DNA of 55,580 nucleotides, counting the filler, from Platydemus manokwari (taxonomy: Eukaryota), in the NCBI GenBank assembly GCA_037951405.1. It is 5 parts of 5 records of this genome, joined end to end, with 100 filler letters (N's around TTAATTAATTAA, not from the genome) between each part and the next. Parts side by side here need not be neighbours in the genome. Positions count along the whole stretch, not along the records: positions 10,220 to 19,624 come from JBBMOY011254207.1; positions 19,725 to 33,758 come from JBBMOY011546967.1; 3 more parts are not named here. One strand, given 5' to 3'. Both the position numbers and the translations under genes were made by a program. Every line of letters starts with the position of its first letter. The stretch's first letter is position 1. The notes under the pieces are model-generated. The model was not told where the DNA came from. It saw nothing but the letters and a program-made list of their open reading frames with translations, and made no database searches. This document shows, in pieces, positions 14,224-27,463 of this stretch.

Positions 14224-16705
14224 TTACATAATCGAACATTTCTACAAATAAAAATAATATCAAATAATTAATAATAATAATTTAAATAATAAAATACACT
14301 CACACTTTCTTCTCCAGTTCTCAATGACCTTGACGCTATTTTTCGATTGTAATTAGAAATCGACGATCTGAGACTTTCTTTAACTAAGGAACAACTTGCT
14401 TCTTCCTGAATTTGATAAATCAATATGATATCAACCAATAATCGATCGACAAACTTGACAGTCAGAATTAGTTAAGGCCATTTGAATATTGGAGCCGGAA
14501 GAAAATCTCTGGCCCTTCATGACTAAATCAGTTGGCGGATTATGAGTTTCATTCGCGTCACTACTCCAAATCTGATTAAAATAACATTCAAGTTTTATTA
14601 AAATAATCAATAGATGAATTATATTACTAATCTCTGACTCATTTAATATTTAAGAAATTTATGTTAACATTGTTTATCTCAGACTCTGCATCATGAAAAA
14701 CGATATCGAATAAATAAAATTCAGAAAATCTAAAGTTCTTAGACTATTTGTCAGTAGGGCCGATATTTTCAGACACGTTACCTCTGTTGCTAGGCAGATT
14801 AGCTTAGCTAGTAATTACATTAAATGAGATGAGTAATCAATCTAGTAGAACGATGACTAATAGGCCATGTGTGCGTGTGTGAACAAAATTACGGAGGTAA
14901 ATAACCGAGTTGTATTATTGATTTATTTACAAGTTGTGAGAAATATTTTTACAAATGGCACACATCAATTTTACACGTGGTCCTTTGCGTAAAGTGATGT
15001 AATGAACTTTTATTGAAATGAAAAATATATCTTACGGTACAATCGGATTTTGATTTGATATGAAGATTATGATGGAACTTGTAACTGGTTTCTTGATTAT
15101 CTGCTACATAACGTAAGGTCCAGCCACCGATGCAAATATCCTAAATGGTCATTTTAATTAAAAATCAAATCATCTGATTTTATTACAAACCTTGTCAGTG
15201 GGATTTAAAAGCTTTACACAACGACCTGTACAATCAGGATTGGATGAAAACTCAATATCACCCCTTGAAACGAGATCAACTTTGAAACTTTCACGTCCAC
15301 ACGTTACAACATTTCGTCTATCATTGCCTGGAATGTATTCCCCTCTTTCTCCAACTCTTCGTCGCTTGGCACCAGCACTAAGCAAAGAAAACGAAGAATC
15401 CCCATCAGCGGCAACACTGATGTTACATCGAGCTTCTTCACCTTCCAACAATTTTCTGTACATAAGAATTTCTTGATCCAATGCGATCTTGGTGCTCATC
15501 AAGCTCGAGAAATCATCCAATCGTTTCTGTAAATCCGATCTCAATTGATCCGATTCGTTTCGATATTGTTTCAACTGTTCTTCAAATTCATTCCGTTCAT
15601 AATTCAACAACGATTCGAGTTCTTTCAAACGTTTCTTCAATAAATCGATTTCAGAAATCTTAGCGGCTAATTCCTGATCAAATTTCTCTGCTTTTGATCT
15701 CCACATCATCATTTCATCTCGAGATTTTATAGCATTTTCGTTGGTTTGTTCATTATTTTTCTTTAAATCCTCCAAACGTAACATAAACGATTGTTCAAAT
15801 TCCAATTTATAAGATTCGAATTCTTCAGCAGTCTCTTCACGAATTAATCGTAATTCTTCAGCTAATCGCGATTCATATTCGGCATGTTTGCGATCTTCAA
15901 CTTCTTCTTGAATGATCACTTGGGTTTGTTTCAATTTTGTGTGCTCCTCATGATATAATCTCTCGTTAAATTCCAATTGTTCTTTCAGCGTAACGTTTTT
16001 GTTTTCAATATCCGTCCTTAACAGAATTTCGGCGTCCAAATCTTTGCTCAATTTTGCACATTTCTTTTCCAAGGCATCATGTTGTGATAAAAGTGTCATG
16101 TATCGTGCGCTGTCCGCTTGTTGTTTTGACAATTCTCTCTCCAGATTTTCTACTTTTTTCTGCATATTCGCTAAATCAATATCGCGCCTGTCAAGCTTCT
16201 TACGAATATTTATTTGTTCACCTCTGGCATTTTTCAAATCGATTTCCAAATTTGCTCTCTCTCTCGCCAAATCATCGACCATTTTTCTCAAAGATCGTAA
16301 TTCATCTTCGTAAACTTTTTTAATTTTATCAACTTCTGTAGTTTCTGTTTTAGAGATGGATTGAATTTTCTTCGTTAATTTTTCTTTTGCAATTTCAAGA
16401 CTTCGAACGTAATCTATATAAGACGCGAATCTGTCATTTAAATGAGCTAATTCTTCTTTTTCTTCACTTCGTGAAATTGTTAATGGACTAACTGCTCGTC
16501 TCCCTCGTGTCTGGCTTTCTTTTTGTGGGGTTGATGTAGCACAAGGCTTGTCATCACCGCTATTCTTAGTTAATAAAGTACGTTTACTTGTTGAAGTAGT
16601 TGTTGTGGTTGTTGTTTCATCGTCACTATCATTAATACTGATTTCTTCTCGGCTACTCGATTCTGCTTGCTGGGAAGTTCTAGTTTTCCTACCTCTACTT
16701 GACAT
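14224..16705 (-). CDS. Lam: Nuclear lamin (B-type-like, CaaX), 5 exons: 15191-16705, 15036-15140, 14455-14571, 14304-14405, 14224-14241; 618 aa
   Basis: CDK site SPLTISR, rod start EELAHLNDRFASYIDYVRSLE, rod end LDQEILMYRKLLEGEEAR, NLS AKRRRV, Ig-like tail DICIGGWTL...YKF...IWSSDA...HNPPTDLVMK, terminal KCSIM*; all introns GT-AG, phase 0. Confidence 0.97.
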
Positions 16706-18439
16706 TTTCTTAATTATAAATTTATATTTCCTATAATAAAATAAAAAACAATGAATACCAAAAAATTAATTAAAATAGCTGTTGATAATAAACAAATTAT
16801 ATCAAATGAGATAGATAAACAAATAAAGAAAATTTAGAAATATCTTTAATTGTTATCCAGGTGGTTCAATTGTTAAATCTATTTTTGAAATATACTGTTT
16901 TATATAACTTAAATTAAATTTATTAAAGTAAATTAAAATGTTAAATGTTTATTAATTTGACTATGGATTAATTATTGGATATTTAAATCAAAATACAATA
17001 ATGTATTATTACATAAATGTTTAGTTTAAAATATAAAATAACTTGTATTACTGATTTCTTCAATGAATCTTATGATTCTTCTTATGTGTATTGAGGAAAA
17101 TGAAAGTGAAATGCAGATCTTTAAATTTATAAAATTTAATATTTAATTTAATAAAAGGTTGGATTGTCTTTTAATTGATTATTACATAGTCATGCTCTTT
17201 TGATCTCCAATTCAAAATTTCAACAAGTTGATTGAAAGAAATGGAAAACATTTATAAAAGGAAACAATTTTTTAAAATTATTTTCGAAATATAATTTTTT
17301 AATTACTATTAATTTCTAGCGCTATTAAGTCTTAAGTTGAAAAAAGTTAAATCTCGAAAGTATATGCCAGTCTTCCATGATCAGAATGTTTTGCTGTTGT
17401 TTTTATCCTTCGGGTACTGTTTCCACGTGATCTGATAATTCGCCTTTGGAACTTTTGTTTTTCTGACTAACTCTGGCTTATGATTTATGAGTATTGTGTA
17501 TGACGATTTCATAAAATTTGAAGGAGCTGTTATTTAGTAATTAAATTTTTTCAAAATTCAGTATTAGTATCCAATCTAACAACATTATTTATATTTTTTT
17601 ATATTAACATACATAATACTCGAAGATGGAATAACAACTATTTTGATACGGGATTATAGATATTGAAAATATGGTAATTTTATTTGTCTATTAATTTGTC
17701 TTTTTAACTAAAAATATTTTAGTTTTATTCAGAGCAGACGTGGGAAACCAGAAACCTGAAAAATCAAAAGATTGAAGCGGATTTAACCTAATATCTCATT
17801 TCTATTTTATTATAATATAATTATTATGATATAATTTTAAATTTAAAATTCCTTTATGAAACACTTATCAAATAAATAATTTTAAGAAATTATCGCTACA
17901 ACTAGCTAGAAAAAATCTGAAGTTTAGGAATATTTTAGATGTATGTAAAAAGCAAATATATTTGTATGCAACATTAATTATGTTGATGAATAAATGTCAA
18001 ATAGTATGCTTTTAAAATATATTTGAATTTTATAAAATTAACATGAATTATATCGGAGTGTGTTCGAATTACTGAAAACCAAGCTTACATAAACTCGAGA
18101 TATCATAAACGTTTTTTGTCACTTTAATTGAAAGCCTTCGTTAGTGTGCTTTAATACTCCAAAATGTCATTGCGGAGACATTGTTTTTGTTACTTTCTTA
18201 AGTTCTGAATAAGTAATTTTAATTTTTAGTGGATTTTAAAAGAATGCCTCATCTTCACAATTTAACAAGATATTATCCTAAGTGATTTCGCAAAAAAATA
18301 ATTCATCCGTATTTTAATCTTGTTTCTAGGGAATATTTTATTTTCTAGGTTTGTAATTAATTAATATATTTTTCGATTATATATAATATTTAATGGAGAA
18401 TGATAGATTGTGGATCATCTTGATATAAATACTTGCAAA

Positions 18440-19050
18440 TTTAGTCACCTGCATTTATTTTATAATTTCAAAAAATCTGATGGGAATGATTTAGGCGGTA
18501 ATATCAAGAAATATCACATAAAAATGTATTAAATAAGATGTTATATTTGAATGGATTTAGTTTATTATTCGGATCATATGGGCTTCAGTAACCGGCGTGA
18601 TGACTAAATTACTGGAAAATTAATTATTCTTCTAAAGGTCTCAATAGCAGAACTGGTTTGATTTCTTTCCAAAATGAGATTAGAATTTTAATTTAGATTA
18701 AACTTGTGCAATCTATGTCAAAATTATGAAAGCTGCTATGTAGTTACCCAATAACGTGAACGTAATGCTTATACTGAGAGATTATCTTTGGGCACTTCAA
18801 TTTAACCCGAATAATTTACTGATTATCAAACCGCAAGATTAATTATTGATGACAATGTTTATTAGTACTCAATACAATTACTTTTATGCTGTCTCGAAAA
18901 CTCAGTGAATGGTTCGCAAAAATTTATTTAAGAATAAACAAAACAGTACAACAATTAATAATGAATGGACAAAAAAATATATCAAATAGTCAGTACCTTG
19001 CCTCAGAAATTAACCGACGAATTCGTAAGGCGGACGAAGCAGATTCTTAA
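18440..19050 (+). mobile_element. Possible very degenerate LINE RT relic
   Basis: HLFYNFKKS (~18452; cf. LFIDFKKA) and QYLASEINRRIRKA (~18991; cf. YLG...EI.RRI.KA) occur in the expected order. Confidence 0.25.
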
Positions 19051-19624
19051 TACTTTGTGTTAGGTTTTGGTACTTATATGTTTGTATTTCCAACACCGGT
19101 GAGTTCTTAAGATTGATCTGATTTAGACTCAAATCAACCCTCTCGATTATCAGTCAATATTCTTTATAAATAAAACCGCTATTGATTTATGATGTCAACT
19201 ATTTACTATATATAATTCAAATCAAAACGTAAGACAAATGAAATAAAATGATCCGCTATTGAAAACTATAACAAGTACACAACGTTCTATCAATTACAAT
19301 TAAAAGTTATGAACAATTAATTTATTAATAAATCGGACCAAACAATCTATTTATTTACGCTTCAAGCAAACTAGATTTTAGCTCTTGCAAGTTAGGATTC
19401 TGGAGTGGCCAATTCGAATTTAACGAAACGACCTATATATTAATTTTTTAGAGATTATAGATTTTAAAGATATTATTTCAACTTTGGTAGTTTCCGCACC
19501 TTCGAATTTATTCCTTCTCTTCTCAGTACTGTTGAGTGAAGACCAAGTCTTGAAAAAGAAAAACGATTTCGTACCTTAAAACCCTTGTTTTAGCAATTTA
19601 AGCATGGACACACCTACATAATCA

Positions 19625-19724
19625 NNNNNNNNNNNNNNNNNNNNNNNNNNNNNNNNNNNNNNNNNNNNTTAATTAATTAANNNNNNNNNNNNNNNNNNNN
19701 NNNNNNNNNNNNNNNNNNNNNNNN
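19625..19724. other. Artificial contig spacer
   Basis: N44-TTAATTAATTAA-N44. Confidence 0.98.
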
Positions 19725-19910
19725 ATTCATTATCAATACTAATGCATTCAATATCAATACTAATATATTCATTATCAATACTAATACATTCAATACCAAT
19801 ACTAATATATTCATTATCAATACTAATACATTCAATATCAATACTAATATATTCATTATCAATATATCCAATATAAATATTTACATATCCAAAACCAATA
19901 CTAATACGTG
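19725..19910. repeat. 21-bp minisatellite with 42-bp higher-order period
   Basis: Units ATTCATTATCAATACTAATRC and ATTCAATAYCAATACTAATAT alternate, ~7 copies, cut by the gap. Confidence 0.9.
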
Positions 19911-19990
19911 CATTACATTGATATTAAAAATGATTTATCAAACAAAATACCCAAAAGCAATAAAAGTGTGAAATAATCAATAATAATCAC

Positions 19991-22957
19991 CTTCTTCACA
20001 TCCCATAGTCTGTAACATCAAATTAATGACTTTCATAGCAGCCACAGGCACGCGGTTTGATTTTAAAACCGATCCCGAATAATTTTGCTTCAGCAAATTA
20101 TCAATGGACATGAGGAATCCTGAATTGTTCGATCAACACATGTTTTGGATGGAATTAATTTTTATCTACCATGTCCCGGGGATTTCATACTGGTACTGAG
20201 AACAGATCCCATATCAATCGATGCAAGTCCTTCAAGATAAGTCAAAAGAAACTCATCGACAGTGATATTCGTGTCTGATCGGTAACGTCTTTAATAAAAA
20301 ATAAATCTCATCATATTACAATATCAACTAACATTTGTGAAAGAAATGAACACAACAATGAACCAGCATTCAATTGAATCGGTTGACTGCTGTTACATAG
20401 CGTTTGAGCTTCGATCCATAATTGATTCATATACATACGGTTTTGAAATTCAGCACAACAATCGGAATAAGTCGACAGAACCAATCGAAACAAGCTGGTC
20501 TGAACATCAGACTTGGTAACCTTGACAGCGTATAGAAAATTTTTAATGACGTCATCGTCATTATTGAAATATGTTTGTCGCAACTGACGATAAAATTCTC
20601 TCAAAGTTAAAACCGTTTCTACAGTTTCGAATTCAATCAATGTTTCCAACAATGAAACCAAAATCACTTTTGCCAAATCCGCATTTTTTGTCGATTGGAA
20701 AATTCGAATCGATGACAACTTCTCGAATGATTGTTAACACATCAACCAATGACCGTTGACGTTGATAATTGTTTGACAAATTGAACCATTGGTGAGAATA
20801 AACGAAACGACAAAATACAATGAACAGTGCTACAAAAAACCAGTTTAATAAATTAACGATTTCGTCCAATAAAATGAGTCCACAATCAAATAATCATCTC
20901 ACCAAAATCACGATATTGAACATTTTCAATCCGTTGCCATTCTTCTATCCAAGATATGAATTCCAAATGGATAACGTTTTCTTTTCGAAGCTTTTCCATT
21001 GCAATCATAGCGAATTCGATATCGTCAATGATCGACATCGTATTCGACAAATGAGTCACCACAGAATCTCGCAGGAAAACGAACAGTCGTCTCGTTGACG
21101 AAATCAAATAGTTCCGAAAACCGGGATTGTCACTGGTGAGATTGTTAGCCAATACATCGAACACGATTCCCAGATTCAATTCAACATATCGACCGAGTCC
21201 ATGACAATAATTGTCACAAACGAATTTGTAAGCAGTTATGCGAATTTGATCATTGACATGCGACAAACAGTAATTAATCCAACTGCACTGATCGACCTTG
21301 AAGAAAAGATATACTTAAAGATGATTGGATGATAAATCCGTTACGTATTACAAACAGATATACTAAAAAATCAATATCGCTGCTGTGAGATAAATCAATT
21401 AATAATAGCCACTACTAATATCGTACATCATTAATATCAAATTAGTTGATTTATCGCCTCATTTTAAAGAAAAGTTGATAGCAGAATCTCTGTTGCATTA
21501 AATAATACGATTTCTTACACTTATAAGTTTGTTTTCCGGATAAATATAAGCGAGACTCGATATCCACATCAGCAATACGTGTTCGTTTGTGCCATTTAAA
21601 CCAAGATTATTCAATAAATTATTATTCACGCTGACCATATCATCGAAACAGTATTTCACACAATGTGGTATCACGTAAAGAGTGAAATTTAATGTTTGTA
21701 ATTCACGAGAACCCTCACAATACCACAACGCTCCATTGTTGTCATTCATCATAAATTCTTCTATCACACCCATTAGATGATGTTGATTATCCGATCTATT
21801 TCAAGTAAAAACATAATCAATAGCAACGAAAGAAAACCGCCATAAATCCTCACTTGGAACACGGCTGGACTTGTTTTAGAGCGGATGAGAAAACATCGGC
21901 CGAAATCGAAGCAGTGTTATTGATGGAAATCGTTTGAAGAAGATAATGAAACAACAGAGGCAATTGTTTCACAATCGAATCCATTCCACAGCTCTGTACG
22001 ACGATTTTCAAGAAGCGTAAATTAATTTTACACAGACGATAAGCCGATTTATCATGACTGGCAAGAAATGGATAGAATTCATTCAACAGGTTTTCAGCGA
22101 ATAAATCGTAAACATTTGCAGCAACCTCGGACTTGTCCTTGTGTAAGAAAGCCCATTTTATAATGATCTGGAAAAGATTCGTTATAAGAACAGTCAACCC
22201 AGCGATACTGCTGTCGAGAAGAGGGACGAAGAACCGAACGATTCGCTCGATTAAATTCTGGAAAATCATAATTCAATGTATTAAATAAAAGACTCCGATT
22301 TGAAAAACTAATCCTACGAATTCAATGGTAAATAAATTTCGTTCAAATGCCTTTTCGAATATTTGCCATGCTTTAGTAACCAATAACACAATGTGATAAT
22401 ATTGTTTGTAATCGTTTTCGAAGAGATTGAATAGTATTCTAAAGAATAAATCCAATTTACCGAATTTTAAATTTAAAAATTCCGGTTCTTTAAATAGTGA
22501 TGCGTTCTCGAAACAAGTTTGATAATCAATAATTCCATTGAGTAATGTCAAATATAAATCAGAATCTAATGGGATCAAACAAACATAAAACATTTTCATC
22601 TTTTCAAAAATTACCAAAAATGGTCTTATTCAGAACATCTGACATCGTATATGGATACTCAAATAATGCCACGGATAAAAATGCGGAAACACCAAATCGA
22701 ATTTTAACGCTTAAGGATGCTTCCTTAGTGGAAAATTTACAATTTTATATCCGAATTATAATTAAACTTACATCTGAGCTGATAATTTTGAATATTAAAT
22801 TGATATCATCTTTAATTTCTAATTTATTATTTATTAAAAATTTCCCATTAAAATCCTAAAAGCAAATAAGGTAGCTCATTTTTTAAAATTTTACTTGAAT
22901 TAATTTCTGTAATTCTTTATCGGAAAATAATTTCCAGTTTTCAAAATACAGTGACAT
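19991..22957 (-). CDS. THADA: THADA/Trm732 homolog (ARM/HEAT-like), 5' half only, ~11 exons, truncated before gap 2
   Basis: ATG at 22957 (MSLYFENWKLF); GT-AG introns of mostly 39-70 nt join LLDSSIAGL..LF, CLSHVNDQIRITAYKFVC, NLTSDNPGFRN, SNNYQRQRSLVDVL, NQLWIEAQTLCNSSQP...AGSLLCSFL and SPGHGFL, collinear with remembered THADA motifs; DUF2428 and the C-terminus are absent. Confidence 0.8.
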
Positions 22958-24346
22958 CTTATAATTTAGCAACTTCAAATTTTATCTTGGTCACGCTAGA
23001 TTTTGAAAAAAGATTATTTATGATAATCATTATTTAAACAAAGTTGCTAATCGTGATTTTTAAGTCTCTAAACGTTCATTTAAGAATTCGACTTAGACTG
23101 AAATGAAATCCAGAATAAAAAAATGCAGAAATATAATAAATTTTCATGAAAAGTATTTTATTAAAATAATTCATTTTATTAAATACAAATTGTGAAAATT
23201 TCTTAATGAAATTTTATGACACAAATATTCTCTGCGAAATGCTGGTTCTAAAATCGAAATTCCTATAATATTATTTATATTTCTCGCTTTCGGAATAAAA
23301 TACTAATTTACCAATTCATGTTAATTCTTCATTGATGTTTTTGATACATTTTATTTAATAATATTTAATAAATAACCATAAAATACCAGACATTTAAAAA
23401 TCATTACATGACTACTTTGAAAAAAAGAAAAAATGTATTCAAATTAGAAGACTAATTTTGAAATTATTATGTTAAAGTGTGAAATTAGTAAATAAAATAA
23501 TAATGCCTAATGTGCAATCTTGATAATAAAGCTAGGTTCGAACTTTGACACAGTGTAGCATAACAACAAATATTGCAGAACAATTTAGTATAAAAATTAT
23601 TATAACTAAAATAATCTAGGGTTTGCAGAGTTTGGCAATCATTTTTTATCAAAAGTATAATTGTAGTCTCCTTGTTAGTCCAATAAAGGACCCAGAATCA
23701 GTGAAGTACTGACAGAAATTGTATACACTTATGATTGGATGACTTCATTATCTATGCTGTATTTCTATAAAATTGATATTCGAAATATTGTAAAATAATA
23801 TTTTATTTACGATTTATTACGAGCAAAGTTTTTATATGTTGATGTCTAATGTATTCAAAATATTATAATATAAACTTTAATAGTGTATAAAATTAATTAA
23901 GTTAATTAAAGTTACCAATATTTAGAAAAGGTGACAAAACATTTTATACATAAAATAAATTGCATACGTATAAAAAGGTGGGAAAATATTTGGTATAAAT
24001 ACCGAAATATATGAAAGCGTAAATCTTAAGTTATTATCATAGTACGATAGAATGTTTTTACTCACTTAACTCAAAACACATTTCCTCTAACAACGGAATC
24101 ATAATGAAAGGACTATATTTTTTGGGTCATCACTATTAAAAAAATAGACTTATTGCCAAGGGAAATTTTCTGACAGTGGTTCAGAACATACAGCTAAGCA
24201 AAAATAGCGAATACATCACTTCTAAGACAACTGGATTAGAAAATAATTGATAGGACAGTGTCTGAAAATAATTGATTAGTCTGTATCTTTTATCTTTGAA
24301 CAATTATAATGTTTGTGCATGTTGTCTACCTTTAGAAATAACATTT

Positions 24347-24960
24347 TTATATATCTTTCATTCTTAATTTCTTGACAGCAGTGACTCTGATTCTCTTCTT
24401 ATTATCCTTCAGGATGTGAGCAACCCATCTGTTCCAAAGCGACTTCTTTCGAAGTTCTTGTTTCATTATGCGGCGAACACTCACTTCTTTAATGTCAGTG
24501 ACTCTTGAAATGGCTGGACAGTTTAAATGGCAATTTTCTTCAATCATTTTGAGTAAAATAATGACATGCTCTTCTGCAGTGCTATTTCTTGTTCTATTCT
24601 CCTGTACTTTTCTAAGACTGACGACGTTCTCTGCTCCCCAACCTACGACAAGAAAGCGATGGATTTCAGTAGCCGAAAAGTTTTTTCGTGTTAAAGTTGC
24701 AACAAAGAAATTTATGTCGCATTGCTTTGCCTTCACCAACTCTAATCGATTTATTTTAATTTAAATCTTTTAGACTAAATAATTTAACCAACTATAATCG
24801 GTTTATTTAAATTTAAATCTTGAACTTTCCAGTTTTGTTAGTGATCTACCTTAGAAATTTTACCTAAGAAAGATCTATCTAGAAATTTTAACTTTGATCT
24901 TCAGATATTTTCTTAGTGATAAGAACGAAATTTTTTTACAAACTTCCAAACAAACCTCAT
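24347..24960 (-). mobile_element. Mariner-family transposase 5' remnant (internally deleted)
   Basis: HTH-like SATEIHRFL...VSLRKV and WVAHIL (mariner WVPHEL motif); TIR-like ATGAGGTTTGTTTGGAAGTTT on the - strand at ~24940-24960; no DDD domain. Confidence 0.8.
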
Positions 24961-24999
24961 CAATAGCTTTATCTTCAGGAACTACGAGAGGTGAGGAAC

Positions 25000-27130
25000 G
25001 ATTTTTCCTAAATATTCATAAGATATATCATTGAATCATTTTCTCGTAGTTTTGAATAGCACCATTATGTCGACTCCAAGTATTTGAAACGGTGTTTAGC
25101 TAAAGCATTTTGAAGCGCTCATTCAATCCTCCCTTTTATTTTTTTGTGTTGACGTGACCTAGATTTTGCAATTGCTTATTTAACCTTCATTTTCAACAAT
25201 TCCCAATAATATTATTTCATGATAGCATAATAAGTTCGTTTTATTCCTTCGGATCCTAGTACTTTGTGTTATTTATAAACTACTTCCTCTTACTTTTATG
25301 TCGGTACAAAAAGTCTATAGTTTTTATTCGTCATCCTATGAGCCCAATCCCATATAATTTACAAATTTTCCTTTTGCGAGCAAATTCTTCAATTTTTCTG
25401 AACAGTCCCAGTTTGGTAAATATATTCAGGCCTAGTGATCCATTCTAACGATAAGCTGGGTTCCCGAGTTAGAGTTTGAATTTCAGTAGGAAAGTGCATG
25501 TTGCTAACAATTCTTTGTTAGTTATTTAATTTTGTCTCTGGTTTTTCATCAATGATTTCAAGGTACAATACATTACACTTTCCTCATGATCTTAAATTTT
25601 AGAGAGTTGCGCTTTCGTTAATATTTTAGTGTGGTATTAATTAATGTACCTTATATAATTACATACAACACAGCTGGAGTCCACTCACTGAATTGAATGT
25701 TCAGAATAAATAAGTTTGATTTAGTACACATCAGGAAGGTATGTGTCTCGTATACAATTTTGTATTGGTATGTTCGGTATTGAAGCCCTCTCATATACAT
25801 TTAATTGAGCTTGAATAAGGAGTTTGTTCTTTCTTTGTTTATAAAGTTGAACTCTGTTACTGTGAGGGCTCATCCAAAAACCGCATTTCCTCACATGTGA
25901 CTTATTGCTGAAGTTCCATAGTGTGATGACTATATCTGATTTGGTTGGTACATTTTAGTTAATGGCACCTTATTATAGCAGTACTGGCATTAAAGGGTTC
26001 TGGATTTCTTTTACCTTTTAACCGTTGATCTTAGCGTTTCTTGACACAGCCCCTCCACAGGTACCAACTCTTTTCAAGATTTTGTATCCGATATCATGAT
26101 CAATTATTTGGATCTATACTGGATATTTGAAATTTCTTTAAGGCCTTTTTAATGGCTTTAATGATTGCAGATCATTAGGCTTCTATCGATTCATTTACGA
26201 GGCTTTAGATACTCTAATGTCTCTTTATGAGTAATATTCTGATTTACTAATATTTTAAGAGATTTTATTGCAATTATCCAAGTCATCTCAGTCTCGCTAT
26301 TATTAATACTTTTCAATACTATTAGCCTTGCAATATTGATTGAATTATCCAATTTTAGAGATTCTCGTAACAGAAGAACATCTATTATTAGTTTTGGTGG
26401 AGTACAAGTAGTTGTTTGAGTAAAAATTTAGGACCCTGTCGAACTTCTTCAATATTTTTTGTAACTATATTTTGAGTTTATCCAGTTACGTATAGGTAAC
26501 GTAGCAGTTACTGACGAAAAGTTATTATATTCATCTAGATTTTGTGATGGAAGAATGCATTCATCCTATTTTTCAGTTAGCTATGGCATGTCGATTGGAA
26601 ATTTTTCATCTAAGTTATGAAGCTTCAATAAGAAATTCATCTCTATATTTATATGTTGATCTTCCATATCTAGTAGTGAAACAACTATTTTATATTATGT
26701 TTGTGTGTGCTTATTGTTTCTCGGTGTGTTGTTGCTCCGAAAGTACCAGCACTTGATAGGTTTGAATTTGTATTTCAAATGTGCCTCAGTCTTCATTTGA
26801 TTGACTTTTCTTGGATTGTGTTCTCCACAGTTAAATGTGGTGTTAAAATTGTTGTATAATAACCTGATAAGATAGATTGTATACTCTAATATCCCAATCT
26901 TTCTTGTAAAGTAGCTACATATTAATTCATGAAAAGGCTATTTCCATATCCAGGAAAGTGATGAGTCTGTAAAATACATGACACTTTTTTCAACATCTTG
27001 AATTTGTGAAAGTACATCGTTCGAAGACGCGTATGTATCTAAGATAAATTTTCTGTTTTCAAATGGCCGTGATAACACTGATACTTTAGTCGATAAACTT
27101 TTCAACATGTAGAGAGCATTTTTGATATTT
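25000..27130 (-). mobile_element. Degenerate LINE (RT, possibly RNase H)
   Basis: LSTC*KVY and ITFLDMEIAFS (~26930-26965; cf. FLDIEKAFD); downstream LYKVH*LIPH*NINESA resembles RNase H WVPAH.GI.GNE.AD; many stops. Confidence 0.45.
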
Positions 27131-27427
27131 AATTTAATATAATCCGTTATTTGACTTGCTTAGTTCAGATCTAATTTTATCAATTTCCATTTCAGATATT
27201 TCGATTTTTATAAATTAAAAAAATTATTTTCATTGGCAACTATAGTTGTTTTGTCTTCATCTTATTATTTATTATTTTTATTTTAGTAATAAATACATTT
27301 CTTTCAGTATTTTGTTTAAAATCGATTTAAAAGTAGTTGTGGAATTCAATGATTATCTAATTACCAGTGAAATATTTCCTTATTATCATTCATGATTAAC
27401 AAAATTATCTTTCTTTCTTTTCCGTTA

Positions 27428-27463
27428 TGACGTCATCATGATGGTAATATTTACATTTATAAG
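27428..27463 (+). promoter_or_regulatory. Putative promoter of the RING ORF: CRE palindrome plus TATA-like box
   Basis: TGACGTCA at 27428-27435, TATAAG at 27458-27463, ATG at 27501. Confidence 0.35.

Noticed and set aside
14012-14263. Hydrophobic 83-aa ORF as a transmembrane lamin tail
   Set aside because: Out of frame with exon 4 read-through, which stops at 14268; it is AT-rich 3' UTR sequence.
15192-16736. Plus-strand ORFs over lamin (and similar ones over THADA, mariner and UQCC1)
   Set aside because: Antisense or alternative-frame shadows of real coding sequence.
19677-19871. MNILVL-repeat ORF
   Set aside because: Translation of the 21-bp minisatellite running into Ns.
20584-20760. 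Apparent frameshift or recoding in THADA
   Set aside because: Resolved by a 49-nt phase-1 GT-AG intron (A|GTGATT...CTGTAG|AA).
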